Shown piece after piece: positions 23,218 to 33,737 of a DNA stretch of 64,000 nucleotides (positions within the stretch are counted from its first letter, which is position 1; every line of letters begins with the position of its first letter). The notes under the pieces are model-generated. The model was not told where the DNA came from, did no database searches, and worked only from the letters and a program-made list of their open reading frames with translations. This stretch comes from Thermomonas sp. (GTDB lineage Bacteria; Pseudomonadota; Gammaproteobacteria; Xanthomonadales; Xanthomonadaceae), in contig NZ_JAMLIW010000008.1 of the NCBI RefSeq assembly GCF_023953935.1, forward strand, positions 26,067 through 90,066, read 5' to 3'. The position numbers were made by a program, and so were the translations under genes.

Positions 23218-24396
23218 ATGCGCATTTCCAAACTGCATGCCGCGGCGCTGGCCGCACTGAGCACCCTGGCGATGGCTTCCGCCTTCGCCGCCCAACCGCT
23301 GCTTCCGGCCGGACATGGCGATCAGGTGCCGGCGCGTTTGGTGTCCCTGCCCGCGCCCACCGGCGCGATCGAACGCCAGCCGGTTGCCTTCTCCTGGAAG
23401 CTTGATCCTGCTCTGGCCTTGGCGCAGCCGGCGCCCTACATGGCCGAAAGCCGCGAATACTGGCTCACGGTCGAAGGCACGGAGCTGCAGCGCGGCGTGG
23501 CCTTGCCGATGACGGCGAGCGGCGCGCTGGTGCGGGTCAGTCCGGCGCGCGGCGCAACCCCGTTGCGCGCCAGCGACTTCGCCGTGTCGAGCCAGGGCCG
23601 GCGCGTGACGGTCGACCGCAGCGCCGACGCCGCCGCGCTGCGGCAGGCCGGCATGGACGCCAGCGCCGGCACCCAGGTCCTGCGGCTGGGCGCCGGCAGC
23701 GGCGCCGGGCAAGCCACCTTGCGTGCGGCCAACGCCAATGGGCGCTACGTGGTGCACGTGTTCGAACCCAACAGTGCGCTGGTGATGTTCGCGCGCGCCG
23801 ACCGCGACCACGCCCTCGCCGGCCAGCAGATGCGGGTCGCCATCGGTGCCACCAGCGCCGGGCGTGCGACCGGGCTGCGCTCCAGCGCCCTGCTGGTCGC
23901 GCCGGACGGCAGCAGCCAGAAAGTGGCCGTGCGCACTGCGGCCGGCGGCGGTCAGGAAGCCGTGTTCAAGCTGCCGACCGCGGCGCACCAAGGCGGCGGG
24001 CTGTGGGAACTGCAGGTGTTTTCGATCGTCGGCGGGACCCCGCGCGATGCCCGCACCGCCTTCGCGGTGGCGCAGCCAACGGCGCGTTTTGCCGGCAACT
24101 TCGCACTCGATTCCAGCCACCTGCGCGTCTCGCTGCCGGTGCAGGCCGCCTCGCCGGGACGCTACGAAGCGCGCGGCACGCTCTATGCCACCGCGCCCGA
24201 TCGCAGCCTGCGTGCGGTCTCGGAAGCTCACGCGGCGGCCTGGATGAACGCTGGCAATGGAACGCTGGTGCTGGAGTTTGAACGCGCGCACCTGCCGGCA
24301 GGCTACGGCGCGCCGTATGAACTGCGCCAGCTCGAATTGAACGACCAGGGCCGGATGGCACCGCTGGAATCACGGGCAAGGGCGGCGCGGTTCTGA
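23218..24396 (+). CDS. secreted protein, DUF4785-like (family assignment from memory)
   Basis: 392 aa. Signal peptide MRISKLHAAALAALSTLAMASAFA. Starts 10 nt after the lipase gene. Beta-rich, with no catalytic motif seen. Confidence 0.55.
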   Translation: MRISKLHAAALAALSTLAMASAFAAQPLLPAGHGDQVPARLVSLPAPTGAIERQPVAFSWKLDPALALAQPAPYMAESREYWLTVEGTELQRGVALPMTASGALVRVSPARGATPLRASDFAVSSQGRRVTVDRSADAAALRQAGMDASAGTQVLRLGAGSGAGQATLRAANANGRYVVHVFEPNSALVMFARADRDHALAGQQMRVAIGATSAGRATGLRSSALLVAPDGSSQKVAVRTAAGGGQEAVFKLPTAAHQGGGLWELQVFSIVGGTPRDARTAFAVAQPTARFAGNFALDSSHLRVSLPVQAASPGRYEARGTLYATAPDRSLRAVSEAHAAAWMNAGNGTLVLEFERAHLPAGYGAPYELRQLELNDQGRMAPLESRARAARF

Positions 24397-24427
24397 CCGC
24401 ATTCCGACGCAAGGAGCGTTTGCAGCG

Positions 24428-24458
24428 ACGGCCGGGCTTGCCCGGCCGTTCGCTTTTG
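24428..24458 (+). terminator. rho-independent terminator after the lipase/DUF4785 gene pair
   Basis: ACGGCCGGGcttgCCCGGCCGTtcgcttttg. 9-bp GC stem with a T-rich tail, 32 nt after the stop codon. Confidence 0.7.
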
Positions 24459-24477
24459 CGCAGTCTAGGGAAATGTT

Positions 24478-24502
24478 GAAAAAGTCCGTCCTGGACTTTT
24501 TC
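24478..24502. terminator. symmetric hairpin GAAAAAGTCC-gtcct-GGACTTTTTC (possible bidirectional terminator)
   Basis: Perfect 10-bp inverted repeat with built-in A and T tracts, read from the sequence. Confidence 0.5.
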
Positions 24503-24508
24503 AGCACC

Positions 24509-24643
24509 GCCGAGTCCGGCACCCTTCGTCAAGCTCAGGGCGGGCATGTCCGGACTCGGCCCACACGGATCAATCACTTGCGTGAATGATCCGTGGCCGG
24601 CCATCCTTGGCCGGCAGGCAACGCTGACTCGATCAGCGTTGCC
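24509..24643. repeat. cluster of four REP-like palindromes in the 5' region of the DUF2939-like gene
   Basis: Inverted repeats GCCGAGTCCGGC/CCGGACTCGGC (24509-24560), CACGGATCAATCAC/GTGAATGATCCGTG (24564-24595), GCCGGCCA/TGGCCGGC (24596-24615) and GGCAACGCTGA/TCAGCGTTGCC (24617-24643). Confidence 0.7.
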
Positions 24644-24671
24644 CTAGGCACCACTGCTGATGGAGCGTTGG

Positions 24672-25208
24672 ATGGGCAAGAAAAGCAAATGGGGCCTGGC
24701 GCTGGTCGTGGCGGCGCTGCTGGCCACGCTGGGCTACGTTGTGGCCGGGCCGTGGATCGCCATCAACGGCATCCGCAAGGTCGCCGCCAGCGGCAATGTC
24801 GCCGAGCTGTGGCGCTTCGTCGATTTCGACCAGCTGCGCGCCAGCGTCGGTCCGCAGCTCCGCGAGCGCATCGCCCGTGGGCTGCTGGCCCGGGTTGGCG
24901 CGAGCGAGCGGCCGCAGACCCTGGCTGAAGTGACCGAAATGATCAGCAAGCGCCCGATCGACGCCCTCGCTTCGCCCGAGGGCATCCAGCACCTGCTGCG
25001 CAACAACATCCTCACGCCCGCCGGAAGCGGTGGACCTGGCAACCGCGCACCTTCCGATCCGCTGAAGGACGCCAAGACACAATTCGAATCGGCGTCGCTG
25101 TTCACCGCCACCGTGCCAAACGCGAACGGCAAGCCACTGGTGTTCGAATTCCGCCGCAGCGGCCTGACCTGGAAATTGACCGGCCTGCGATTGCCTGAGA
25201 ACAACTGA
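24672..25208 (+). CDS. membrane-anchored hypothetical protein (DUF2939-like)
   Basis: ATG at 24672 preceded by GGAG. N-terminal TM helix WGLALVVAALLATLGYVVAG. High GC3. The family name is from memory only. Confidence 0.55.
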   Translation: MGKKSKWGLALVVAALLATLGYVVAGPWIAINGIRKVAASGNVAELWRFVDFDQLRASVGPQLRERIARGLLARVGASERPQTLAEVTEMISKRPIDALASPEGIQHLLRNNILTPAGSGGPGNRAPSDPLKDAKTQFESASLFTATVPNANGKPLVFEFRRSGLTWKLTGLRLPENN

Positions 25209-25267
25209 GCACCGGACGGATTTCCGGCCTGTTTCTTCTGGGTGTTCAGGGCGTTGCGTGCCCTTCC

Positions 25268-25332
25268 TTCAATTAATGTATATCTTTAATAATTCAGTAC
25301 AATTTATTGAATATAAATAGTTATATTCATGA
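25268..25332. other. 65-nt AT-rich island (~15% GC) containing the palindrome TGAATATAA-atag-TTATATTCA, between convergent genes
   Basis: Counted 10 G/C in 65 nt. The palindrome is at 25308-25329. Flanking DNA has the usual high GC. Confidence 0.8.
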
Positions 25333-25397
25333 GGAAACGCGCTCTCGGAACCCCCTACCGCCGGCCCGGGAGTGACGAGCGGAGCCAATGGTTCGAG

Positions 25398-26303
25398 CTA
25401 CTCACCGTTGGCCACGCCGTGCGGCACGTGGCCGGCGGCGACGTGGCGGCGCGCGGAATCGATGTTGTGCGGGGAATCGTCGAAGAAGATATCGGCGCCG
25501 AAGGCCTCCAGGAACGGGCCCTTGTCGCGGCCACCGAGGAACAGCGCTTCGTCCAGACGCACGTCCCACTCGCGCAGGGTGCGGATCACCCGCTCGTGCG
25601 CCGGCGCCGATCGCGCGGTCACCAGCGCGGTGCGGATCGGCGCGTCCTCGCCCGCCGGAAACGCCACTTGCAGGTCATGCAGGGCCGACAGGAAGGCACG
25701 GAACGGTCCGCCCGACAGCGGCTCGTGCGCCAGCGCCTGTTCGTGCCGGCCGAACGCTTCCACGCCCTGCTCGCGCGAGACCCGTTCGCTTTCGTCGCAA
25801 AACAACACGGCATCGCCATCGAAGGCGATGCGCAATTGCGACTGACGCGGCTCGTTGGCTTTTTCCGGCAGGATGGTGGCAGCGGCCACCCCGGCCGCCA
25901 GCGCGGCGCGTACCGATTCGGGGTTGGCGGACAGGAACAACTGCGCACCGAAGGGTCGGATGTAGGGCCAGACCGGCGCGCCGGCAGTGAACGTGGCACG
26001 GCGGATATCGAGGCCGAAATGCTCGATCGAATTGAATACCCGCAGCCCGGTATCGGAAGAGTTGCGCGACAGCAGGATCACCTCGACCCGCGGCGCATTC
26101 TTGGCGGCACCCGCGTTCAAGGCCAGCAGCTTGCGCACCAGCGGGAAAGCAATGCCGGGCATGAGCACGTCGTCCTCATGGCGACGCTGGAAATCCGCGA
26201 ATGCCGCGATGCCCTCGCGCTCGAACAACGCGTGGCTGTCCTCCATCATGAACAGCGCGCGCGCGGTGATGGCGACGGTGAGGGTGGCGACCGGCTCCTG
26301 CAT
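25398..26303 (-). CDS. 5'-nucleotidase (cytosolic 5'-nucleotidase-IA-like bacterial family)
   Basis: LTVAITARALF..PGIAFPLVRKLLALN..VEVILLSRNSSDTGLRVFNSIEHFGLDI..LFLSANPESV matches my memory of that family. Start is the ATG at 26303, or a TTG at 26360 overlapping the nadK stop. Confidence 0.7.
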   Translation of the reverse strand: MQEPVATLTVAITARALFMMEDSHALFEREGIAAFADFQRRHEDDVLMPGIAFPLVRKLLALNAGAAKNAPRVEVILLSRNSSDTGLRVFNSIEHFGLDIRRATFTAGAPVWPYIRPFGAQLFLSANPESVRAALAAGVAAATILPEKANEPRQSQLRIAFDGDAVLFCDESERVSREQGVEAFGRHEQALAHEPLSGGPFRAFLSALHDLQVAFPAGEDAPIRTALVTARSAPAHERVIRTLREWDVRLDEALFLGGRDKGPFLEAFGADIFFDDSPHNIDSARRHVAAGHVPHGVANGE

Positions 26304-26356
26304 GGGCGCATTGTCGGCGATCCGGGTCGCAGATGCTGCGACCGACGCAGATGCAG

Positions 26357-27130
26357 TCAAACCGCGAACTGCTCGATCAGGATGCGCTCTTCCAGATTGT
26401 GGCCCTGGTCGAACAGCAGGCTCACCCCGCGCTTGTCCGATTCGCGCACCAGCACTTCAGTGACGTCGCGCACTTCGTGTGAATCGGCGGTGGCACTGAC
26501 CGGGCGCTTGTGCGGTTCGAGGATCCGGAAGCGCACCTCAGTGCCCGATTTCAACACTGCGCCACGCCAGCGTCGCGGCCGGAACGGCGCGATCGGCGTC
26601 AAGGCCATGACATTGGCGCCCAGCGGCAGGATCGGCCCGTGCGCCGAGAAATTGTAGGCGGTGCTGCCGGCCGGAGTTGCCAGCATCACCCCATCGCAGA
26701 CCAGTTCACCCAGCCGCACCTCGCCGTTCAATTCGATGCGGATATTGGCGGTTTGCCGGGTTTGCCGCAGCAGCGAGACCTCGTTGTAGGCCAGAGAGGT
26801 GACACTGGCGCCGGATTCGGTATGCGCCACCATTTCCAGCGGATGCAGCAGATCCGGTTCGGCCGCCGCGATCCGCGCCGGCAGGTCATCGCCTTGGTGA
26901 TACTGGTTCATCAGGAAGCCGACCGTGCCCAGCTTCATGCCGTACACCGGTTTGCCGAGCCCGCCGTAGCGATGCAGGGTTTGCAGCATGAAGCCATCGC
27001 CGCCCAAGGCCACCAGCACGTCGGCCTCCTCCGGCCGGCAATGGCCGTGGCGCGCCGCCAACTGGGCCAATGCCGCCTGCGCCTCTTCGGCGGGGCTGGC
27101 CAACAGGGCAAGGCGCGGCGGGCTGCTCAT
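26357..27130 (-). CDS. nadK: NAD+ kinase
   Basis: [13 protein letters not shown] (GGDG motif) and [20 protein letters not shown] at 27130; the GTG at 27187 is a possible alternative. Confidence 0.9.
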   Translation of the reverse strand: MSSPPRLALLASPAEEAQAALAQLAARHGHCRPEEADVLVALGGDGFMLQTLHRYGGLGKPVYGMKLGTVGFLMNQYHQGDDLPARIAAAEPDLLHPLEMVAHTESGASVTSLAYNEVSLLRQTRQTANIRIELNGEVRLGELVCDGVMLATPAGSTAYNFSAHGPILPLGANVMALTPIAPFRPRRWRGAVLKSGTEVRFRILEPHKRPVSATADSHEVRDVTEVLVRESDKRGVSLLFDQGHNLEERILIEQFAV

Positions 27131-27206
27131 GGCCTGAGCATACAACCCGCCGCCACCCGCAAGCCCCGGAGTCGTGTTTTCAGGCACACCGGGGCCACGG
27201 CCACGC

Positions 27207-30200
27207 TCAAGCCCGGCTGGCCAGCTGCGCCACCCGCTGCACCGCTACCGAGGCAGTCGGATAGTCCAGGGACTTCTGGGCGCCCAGCTCGGTCAGCATC
27301 GCCAGGGTGAAGCGCAAGGTCGCATCATCGCGGGCCAACCATGCGGAAACCCTGGCATCGGCGGTCTTGCCGGGCAGCGACAGCACTTGCGCGGTCAGCG
27401 TGCGCAGCTGCGCGGAGAGCTCGTCCCGCAACACGCCGCGCGCCACCGCATGCCAGCGGCCTTCGACCTTGAGCCCGTCGATCTGGGCGCGCAGCCAGGG
27501 CGCGCGCAGGGCGTCGGACAGACGGAAGTAGACCTTGGCCACCTCGATCGCGCGCAGTTTGCGTTCGCGCGCCAGCTCGATGATGTTCGGGCAGGATTCG
27601 AGGTACGGCAGCGCCGCGAGCTGGTCGGCCAGCGCCGCCGGCACGCCCTTGGCCCGCCATTCCTTGCGCATCGCCTCGTAGGCCGGGCGCTGCGAGTCGG
27701 GCAGGATGCCCTCGCCGGCGCGGATGTCCCGGAAGCCGTCGTGGTAGCGCTCCACCGCCGCGGTGATCGCCGGGACGGCGCCAGGCCGCGCCAGCAGCCA
27801 GCGGGTGAAACCGCGCTGCAACTCCCAGATCACCATCAGCGCATCGACCTGGACGGCATCGGCCACCTTGCCGTCCAGCGCGTCGATCTGCGTCCACAGC
27901 TCGCGTGCGTCCAGGGTCTCGCGGGTGATGGTGTAGGCGCGCGCCACTTCGCCGATGCTGCGACCGCTGTCTTCCTGCATGCGCTGCAGGAAGGTGGCGC
28001 CCATCCGGTTGATGGTCGAGTTGGTCACCGCGGTGGCGATGATTTCGCGCTTCAGCCGGTGCCCCTCCATCGCCTTGGCGAAATCCTTCCGCAGCGGCGC
28101 CGGGAAGTAGCTGACCAGTTCCTTGGACAGATACGGGTCTTCCGGGATGTCCGAAGCCAGCAGCTCGGGGAACGCCACCAGCTTGGAATAGGACAGGATC
28201 ACCGCCAGTTCGGGCCGGGTCAGGCCCTGCCCGCGCAGCTTGCGTTCGGCGATTTCGGCATCGGTGGGCAGGAACTCGATCTGGCGGTCGAGCAGGCCAT
28301 GCGACTCCAGCGTGTTGATGAAGTGCATCTTCGAGCCGAGCCGACTGGCGCTCATGCGCTCCATCAGGGTCAGCGCCTGGTTCTGGCGGTAGTTGTCCTT
28401 GAGCACCAGCCGGGCAACCTCGTCGGTCATCGAGGCCAGCAGCTTGTTGCGCGCCTCGATCGTGAGGCGCTTCCTGCGCACTTCGGCGTTGAGCAGGATC
28501 TTGATGTTGACCTCGTGGTCGGAGGTGTCCACGCCGGCCGAGTTGTCGATGAAGTCGGTGTTGAGCAGCACGCCGGCCTGGGCCGCCTCGATGCGACCGA
28601 GCTGGGTCATGCCGAGGTTGCCGCCTTCGCCGACGATCTTGCAGCGCAGGTCGCCGCCATTGACGCGCAGGCCGTTGTTGGCGCGATCGCCGACATCGGC
28701 GTTGCTCTCGCCGGCAGACTTGACGTAGGTGCCGATGCCGCCGTTGTAGAGCAGGTCTACCGGCGCCCGCAGCGCGGCGTGAATCAGCTCGGTCGGGGTC
28801 ATCTGCTTGATCGCGTCGTCGAGGCCCAGTGCCGCCCGCATCTCCGACGTGATCGTGATCGACTTGAGCGAACGCGCGAACACGCCGCCGCCCTTGCTGA
28901 TCAGCTTGGCGTCATAGTCGGCCCAGCTGGAGCGTGGCAGGTTGAACAGGCGCTGGCGTTCCTTGAACGAAACCGCCACGTCCGGGTTCGGGTCGAGGAA
29001 CACGTGGCGGTGGTCGAAGGCACAGACCAGCCGGATGTGCTTGCTCAGCAGCATGCCGTTGCCGAACACGTCACCGGACATGTCGCCGATGCCGACGCAG
29101 CTGAAGTCTTCCTTCTGGCAATCCTTGCCCAAGGTGCGGAAGTGGTGCTTGACCGACTCCCAGGCGCCGCGCGCGGTGATGCCCATGCCCTTGTGGCTGT
29201 AGCCGGCGCTGCCGCCGGAAGCGAAAGCGTCGTGCAGCCAGTAGCCGTGCGCCTCGGCGATGCCGTTGGCGATGTCCGAGAAGCTCGCGGTGCCCTTGTC
29301 GGCCGCGACCACCAGATAGGGATCGTCGTCATCGTGGCGGACGACGTTGCGCGGCGGCACGATCTTGCCGTCGGTAGTCAGGTTGTCGGTCAGGTCGAGC
29401 AGGCCGTTGATGAAACGGCGGTAGCAGGCCTTGCCTTCGGTCAGCCAGGCTTCGCGGTCCTGCGCCGGATTCGGCAGCTGTTTGGGATAGAACCCGCCCT
29501 TGCTGCCGACCGGCACGATCACGGTGTTCTTCACCATCTGCGCCTTGACCAGGCCCAGCACCTCGGTGCGGAAATCCTCGCGCCGATCCGACCAGCGCAG
29601 GCCACCGCGCGCCACCGCGCCGAAGCGCAGGTGGGTGCCTTCCACCTTCGGGCCGCAGACCCAGATCTCGCGGAACGGACGCGGCTTGGGCAAGTCCGGC
29701 ACCTTGGCGGTATCGAACTTGAAGGCAAGGTAATCGGCCGGGCCGCCGTCCTTGCGCAGGCCATCCCCGCTTTCATCCCGCGCGTAGTCGATGTAGTAGT
29801 TGGTGCGCAGGGTCGCTTCGATCACGCCGATGAAACTGCGCAGGATGCGATCTTCGTCGAGGCTGGCGACGCGGTCGAGCAGGCCCAGCAGGGTTTCGCG
29901 GGCGGCCGTGGCTTGCGCTTCGCGGGTGCCGGCGCGGGCCTTCACCAGCGTCGTCAGTGCCTTCATCGCATTCTCGTCGCCCGCCGCCAGCATCCGCAGC
30001 TGCGCGCCGAAATGTTCCATGCCGCGCTTGATCTCGCCGGCGCTCTCATGGCCGGTGGCCGGATCGAAGCGTGCTTCGAACAGTTCGACCAGCAGCCGCG
30101 CCAGCAGCGGGTAGCGCGCCAGCGTGGACTCCATGTAGCTCTGGGAGAAGGCGATGCCGGTTTGCAGCAGGTATTTGCAGTAGGCGCGCAGCATTGCGAC

Positions 30201-32162
30201 TTGCTTCCACGACAGCCCGGCGGCGAGCACCAGCCGGTTGAAGCCGTCGTTTTCGGCAGCGCCGCGCCAGATATGGGCGAAAGCCTCCTCGAAATTCTCG
30301 TCCAGCGCATCGACGTCCAGGTCGCCCAGCAGCGATTCGACTTCGAAGTCCTGGATGTACACCACCCCGCCTTCCGCATCGAGCCGATACGGATGCTCGG
30401 TGATGACCCGCAGCCCCATGTTCTCCATCATCGGCAGGGCATCGGAAAGCGGGATGTCCTTCAGCGGCCGGTACAGCTTGAAGCGCATCCCGCCCTGCTT
30501 GCCGGGAGCGGCGTCGAGCGCCAGCCGCAGATCCTCGGGCCCGGTCAACGCCGCCAGGTGCTCGACATCATCGGCGGCCACGTTCGGGCTGACGTCTTCG
30601 ATGTAGCCGGCCGGCAGCGCGCTGCCGAAGCGCGCCAGCAGCTTGAGGCCAGCCTCCTCGCCGTGGCGTTCGACCAGGCGCTCGCGCAATTCGTCGCGCC
30701 AATCGCGCACGATTTCGCCCAGACGGCGCTCCAGCATCGGCAGGTCGGCCGGCTTGCGTTCGGCGTCGGCCGAGGGCCGGACCAGAATATGCAGCTGTGC
30801 CAGCGGCGAGTCGTCGATCTGCACGTTGGTGTCGACCCGTTCGCCGCCGAGGGCGTCGCGGAGCATCGCCTCGATCCGCTCGCGAATGCGGTTGTTGACC
30901 CGATCGCGCGGCACGTAGGCCAGCGCGGAGTAATAGCGCCCGTAGCGGTCGCGGCGCAGGAACAGCTTGCTGCGCACCCGCTCCTGCAGCGACAGGATGC
31001 CCAGGCAGGTCTTGAGCAGCTCCTCCTCGCCGGACTGGAACAGCTCATCGCGCGGCAGGGTCTCCAGGATGTGGCGCAAGGCCTTGCCGCTGTGGCTGTC
31101 CGGGTCCAGCCCGGACTTGTCCATCACGTAATTGTGGCGTCCGCGCACCAGCGGGATGTCCCACGGCCGGCGGGTGTATGCGCTGGAGGTGTACAAGCCG
31201 AGGAAACGCTGCTCGCGGATCGCCCGGCCGTTGGCGTCGAACTCGAGCACGCCGATGTAATCCATGTAGCCCGGGCGATGCACCGTGGCGCGGGCGTTGG
31301 TCTTGGTCAGGATCAGCGCATCGACCGCGCCGGAATGACGCATGGTGTGGGCGGCGAGTGATTTGACCGGGCGCGCCTTGCTGTCACCGTCGTTGCGCAA
31401 CAACCCCAGGCCGCTGCCGGGCACGGCGCGCAGCACGTCTTCCTTGCCTTCGCGCTCGACCCGGTATTCGCGATAGCCGAAGAAGGTGAAGTGGTTGTCC
31501 GCGGCCCAGCCCAGGAATTCCTGCGCCTCGTGCTTCTCGGCTGCGCTCAGCGGCAGCTTGCGGTTCGGAAGATCGTCGGCCAGCGTGCGCATCTGCGCCC
31601 GCATCGGCTGCCAGTCGGCCACGATCGCACGTACGTCGTCCAGCACGTGGGTGATGCGCGCCTTGACCGTCGCCAGCCCGGCCTTCGGCTGCCGGTCCAG
31701 TTCGAAATGCATGATCGACTCGCGCTCGCCCTCCCCGATCCGGGTGAGCGCGCCGCTGCGGTCGCGGGTGATGCGCATGACCGGGTGCCCGAGCGCATGC
31801 ACGTTGATGCCCTTCTCGGCCAGCGCCATCGTCACCGAATCGACCAGGAACGGCATGTCGTCGTTGACGATTTGCAGGATCGTGCGGGCACTGCCGGCGG
31901 TCCCCGCTTCCAGCGGCGGGTTGAAGACCTGCACATTGGCCTTGCCGCGCTTGCGCGATCGCGAAAAGTCCAGCAGCGACAGCGCCAGCTCGGCCCATGC
32001 CTCCGCACCGCGGCTGGCGAATTCCTCGGCATCCATGCGCTGGAACAGGGCGCCTGCAAACGCCGCCGCTTCCGCCTGACTGGCCTTGCCAACCCGTTTT
32101 TGCACGGCATCAAGGACCGGCTTCAGGCTGTCTTTCCCGCCGTTTTCGACTGACTTGCTCAT
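27207..32162 (-). CDS. gdhB: NAD-specific glutamate dehydrogenase, large (~180 kDa) type
   Basis: ~1651 aa, the size and layout of the large NAD-GDH family. Catalytic core around [23 protein letters not shown] at 32162 lies downstream of GGAGG. Confidence 0.92.
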   Translation of the reverse strand: MSKSVENGGKDSLKPVLDAVQKRVGKASQAEAAAFAGALFQRMDAEEFASRGAEAWAELALSLLDFSRSRKRGKANVQVFNPPLEAGTAGSARTILQIVNDDMPFLVDSVTMALAEKGINVHALGHPVMRITRDRSGALTRIGEGERESIMHFELDRQPKAGLATVKARITHVLDDVRAIVADWQPMRAQMRTLADDLPNRKLPLSAAEKHEAQEFLGWAADNHFTFFGYREYRVEREGKEDVLRAVPGSGLGLLRNDGDSKARPVKSLAAHTMRHSGAVDALILTKTNARATVHRPGYMDYIGVLEFDANGRAIREQRFLGLYTSSAYTRRPWDIPLVRGRHNYVMDKSGLDPDSHSGKALRHILETLPRDELFQSGEEELLKTCLGILSLQERVRSKLFLRRDRYGRYYSALAYVPRDRVNNRIRERIEAMLRDALGGERVDTNVQIDDSPLAQLHILVRPSADAERKPADLPMLERRLGEIVRDWRDELRERLVERHGEEAGLKLLARFGSALPAGYIEDVSPNVAADDVEHLAALTGPEDLRLALDAAPGKQGGMRFKLYRPLKDIPLSDALPMMENMGLRVITEHPYRLDAEGGVVYIQDFEVESLLGDLDVDALDENFEEAFAHIWRGAAENDGFNRLVLAAGLSWKQVAMLRAYCKYLLQTGIAFSQSYMESTLARYPLLARLLVELFEARFDPATGHESAGEIKRGMEHFGAQLRMLAAGDENAMKALTTLVKARAGTREAQATAARETLLGLLDRVASLDEDRILRSFIGVIEATLRTNYYIDYARDESGDGLRKDGGPADYLAFKFDTAKVPDLPKPRPFREIWVCGPKVEGTHLRFGAVARGGLRWSDRREDFRTEVLGLVKAQMVKNTVIVPVGSKGGFYPKQLPNPAQDREAWLTEGKACYRRFINGLLDLTDNLTTDGKIVPPRNVVRHDDDDPYLVVAADKGTASFSDIANGIAEAHGYWLHDAFASGGSAGYSHKGMGITARGAWESVKHHFRTLGKDCQKEDFSCVGIGDMSGDVFGNGMLLSKHIRLVCAFDHRHVFLDPNPDVAVSFKERQRLFNLPRSSWADYDAKLISKGGGVFARSLKSITITSEMRAALGLDDAIKQMTPTELIHAALRAPVDLLYNGGIGTYVKSAGESNADVGDRANNGLRVNGGDLRCKIVGEGGNLGMTQLGRIEAAQAGVLLNTDFIDNSAGVDTSDHEVNIKILLNAEVRRKRLTIEARNKLLASMTDEVARLVLKDNYRQNQALTLMERMSASRLGSKMHFINTLESHGLLDRQIEFLPTDAEIAERKLRGQGLTRPELAVILSYSKLVAFPELLASDIPEDPYLSKELVSYFPAPLRKDFAKAMEGHRLKREIIATAVTNSTINRMGATFLQRMQEDSGRSIGEVARAYTITRETLDARELWTQIDALDGKVADAVQVDALMVIWELQRGFTRWLLARPGAVPAITAAVERYHDGFRDIRAGEGILPDSQRPAYEAMRKEWRAKGVPAALADQLAALPYLESCPNIIELARERKLRAIEVAKVYFRLSDALRAPWLRAQIDGLKVEGRWHAVARGVLRDELSAQLRTLTAQVLSLPGKTADARVSAWLARDDATLRFTLAMLTELGAQKSLDYPTASVAVQRVAQLASRA

Positions 32163-32180
32163 GTGGATCACTGCCTCCAA

Positions 32181-32216
32181 AGGAAGACGGCCGCACCCTC
32201 TGGCGCGGCCGGTTGG
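32181..32216 (-). terminator. possible terminator between the acyl-CoA dehydrogenase gene and gdhB
   Basis: Minus strand reads CGGCCGC-gccagagggt-GCGGCCG followed by TCTTCCTTT. The T-tract is weak. Confidence 0.35.
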
Positions 32217-32229
32217 ATCAATCTGGCCT

Positions 32230-33378
32230 TCAGCGCAGGCCGGTTTCGTTGCGGGCGATGACCAGCCGCTGGATTTCGCTGGTGCCCTCGTAAATTTCGG
32301 TGATCTTGGCGTCGCGGAAATAGCGTTCGATGGGCAATTCCTTCGAATAGCCCATGCCGCCGTGGATCTGCAGCGCCTGGTGGGTGATCCACATCGCGGC
32401 CTCCGAAGCGGTGAGCTTGGCCACCGAAGCCTCGGTCGTGAATCGCTGCCCCCGGCTTTTCAGCCACGCCGCCCGCAGGGTAAGCAGCCAGGCCGCATCG
32501 AGCTTGCACTTCATGTCGGCGATCTTGGCCTGGGTCATCTGGAACGCGCCGATCGGCTGGCCGAAGGCCTTGCGTTCCTTGACATAGCCGAGCGTGGCCT
32601 CATAGGCGGCGCGGGCGATGCCGATCGCCTGCGAGGCAATCCCGATCCGGCCGGCATCGAGCACGCCCATCGCGATCTTGAAGCCCTGGCCTTCCGCGCC
32701 CAGGACCTCGTCGGGCTGGACGCGGTAATCGGTGAATTCGATCTCGCAGGTGGCCGAAGCGCGAATGCCCAGCTTCGGTTCGGTCTTGCCGCGATGGAAG
32801 CCTTCACGGGTGGTATCGACCATGAAGGCGGTGATGCCGCGGGCGCCCAGCTCGGGGGCGGTGACGGCGAACAACACGATGTATTTGGCGACCGGGCCGG
32901 AGGTGATCCAGCTTTTCTTGCCGTTGACCAGAAAACTGCCGTCGGCCTGCTTGACGGCCTTGCAGCGCATCGCGGTGGCGTCCGAGCCGGACTGTGATTC
33001 GGTCAGGGCAAACGCGCCGATCTCGCGACCTTCGGCGATCTCGCGCACGTACTTCTGCTTCTGCGCCTCGGTCCCGAAGGTCAGGATGCCGTTGCAGAAC
33101 AGCGAATTGTTGACCGAAAGAATCGTGCTGTGGGCGGCATCGGCGGCGGCGATCTCGATCATCGCCAGCACGTAGGCCACGCTGTCCATCCCGGCGCCGC
33201 CGTATTCGATCGGCACCTCGATGCCCATCAGCCCGTTTTCACCGAGGGCGCGGATGTTTTCGAGCGGAAACTCCCCGGTCCGGTCATGGTGCTCCGCGCT
33301 GGGTGCGATCTTCTCGCGGGCGATGCGGCGGGCCACATCCTGCAGCATCCGCTGCTCTTCGCTGAAGCCAAATTCCAC
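32230..33378 (-). CDS. acyl-CoA dehydrogenase (short/branched-chain type)
   Basis: 382 aa from the GTG at 33378 (GAGG 5 nt upstream). (V)EFGFSEEQRML.., ..ALTESQSGSDA.., and a C-terminal ..YEGTSEIQRLVIAR.. typical of ACADs. Confidence 0.9.
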   Translation of the reverse strand: MEFGFSEEQRMLQDVARRIAREKIAPSAEHHDRTGEFPLENIRALGENGLMGIEVPIEYGGAGMDSVAYVLAMIEIAAADAAHSTILSVNNSLFCNGILTFGTEAQKQKYVREIAEGREIGAFALTESQSGSDATAMRCKAVKQADGSFLVNGKKSWITSGPVAKYIVLFAVTAPELGARGITAFMVDTTREGFHRGKTEPKLGIRASATCEIEFTDYRVQPDEVLGAEGQGFKIAMGVLDAGRIGIASQAIGIARAAYEATLGYVKERKAFGQPIGAFQMTQAKIADMKCKLDAAWLLTLRAAWLKSRGQRFTTEASVAKLTASEAAMWITHQALQIHGGMGYSKELPIERYFRDAKITEIYEGTSEIQRLVIARNETGLR

Positions 33379-33452
33379 GACTGCCTCGTGACGCAACCGG
33401 AAAGCGCCATTGTAGCTCGCCGCGCGGGGGAACCCCAGCCCCTGCCCCGGCC

Positions 33453-33737
33453 TCAATCCAGTTCGTTGAGCCTTTGCGTCGCCAGCACTGCGGCCGTCCG
33501 CAAGGCCCCGGAGTAGAACTTGCGTCTTGGCTCCGCTTGCTCGGCCGTCGTTTCCAGACCGTGGATGAAGGCCGAAATCAAGTCGCGGGCGTTGAACTGG
33601 TGACCCAGGTCGGCATAGGTCTTGGCAACGGCATCCTTCAGATGCCAGTCCACATTGATCCCCGTCTCTGCCTGTTTGGCAAGATCGATGACGCTCAGGA
33701 TGTGGGGTGTGACCAGGCTGACGGTGGTTTTTGTCAT
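33453..33737 (-). CDS. hypothetical protein (94 aa orphan), no family recognised
   Basis: MTKTTVSLVTPHILSVIDLAKQAETG... GC3 is clearly lower than in its neighbours (AGA, AGG, ACA, AAA, CTT, AAT, TAT codons). No good SD. Flanked by long non-coding DNA. Confidence 0.4.
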   Translation of the reverse strand: MTKTTVSLVTPHILSVIDLAKQAETGINVDWHLKDAVAKTYADLGHQFNARDLISAFIHGLETTAEQAEPRRKFYSGALRTAAVLATQRLNELD

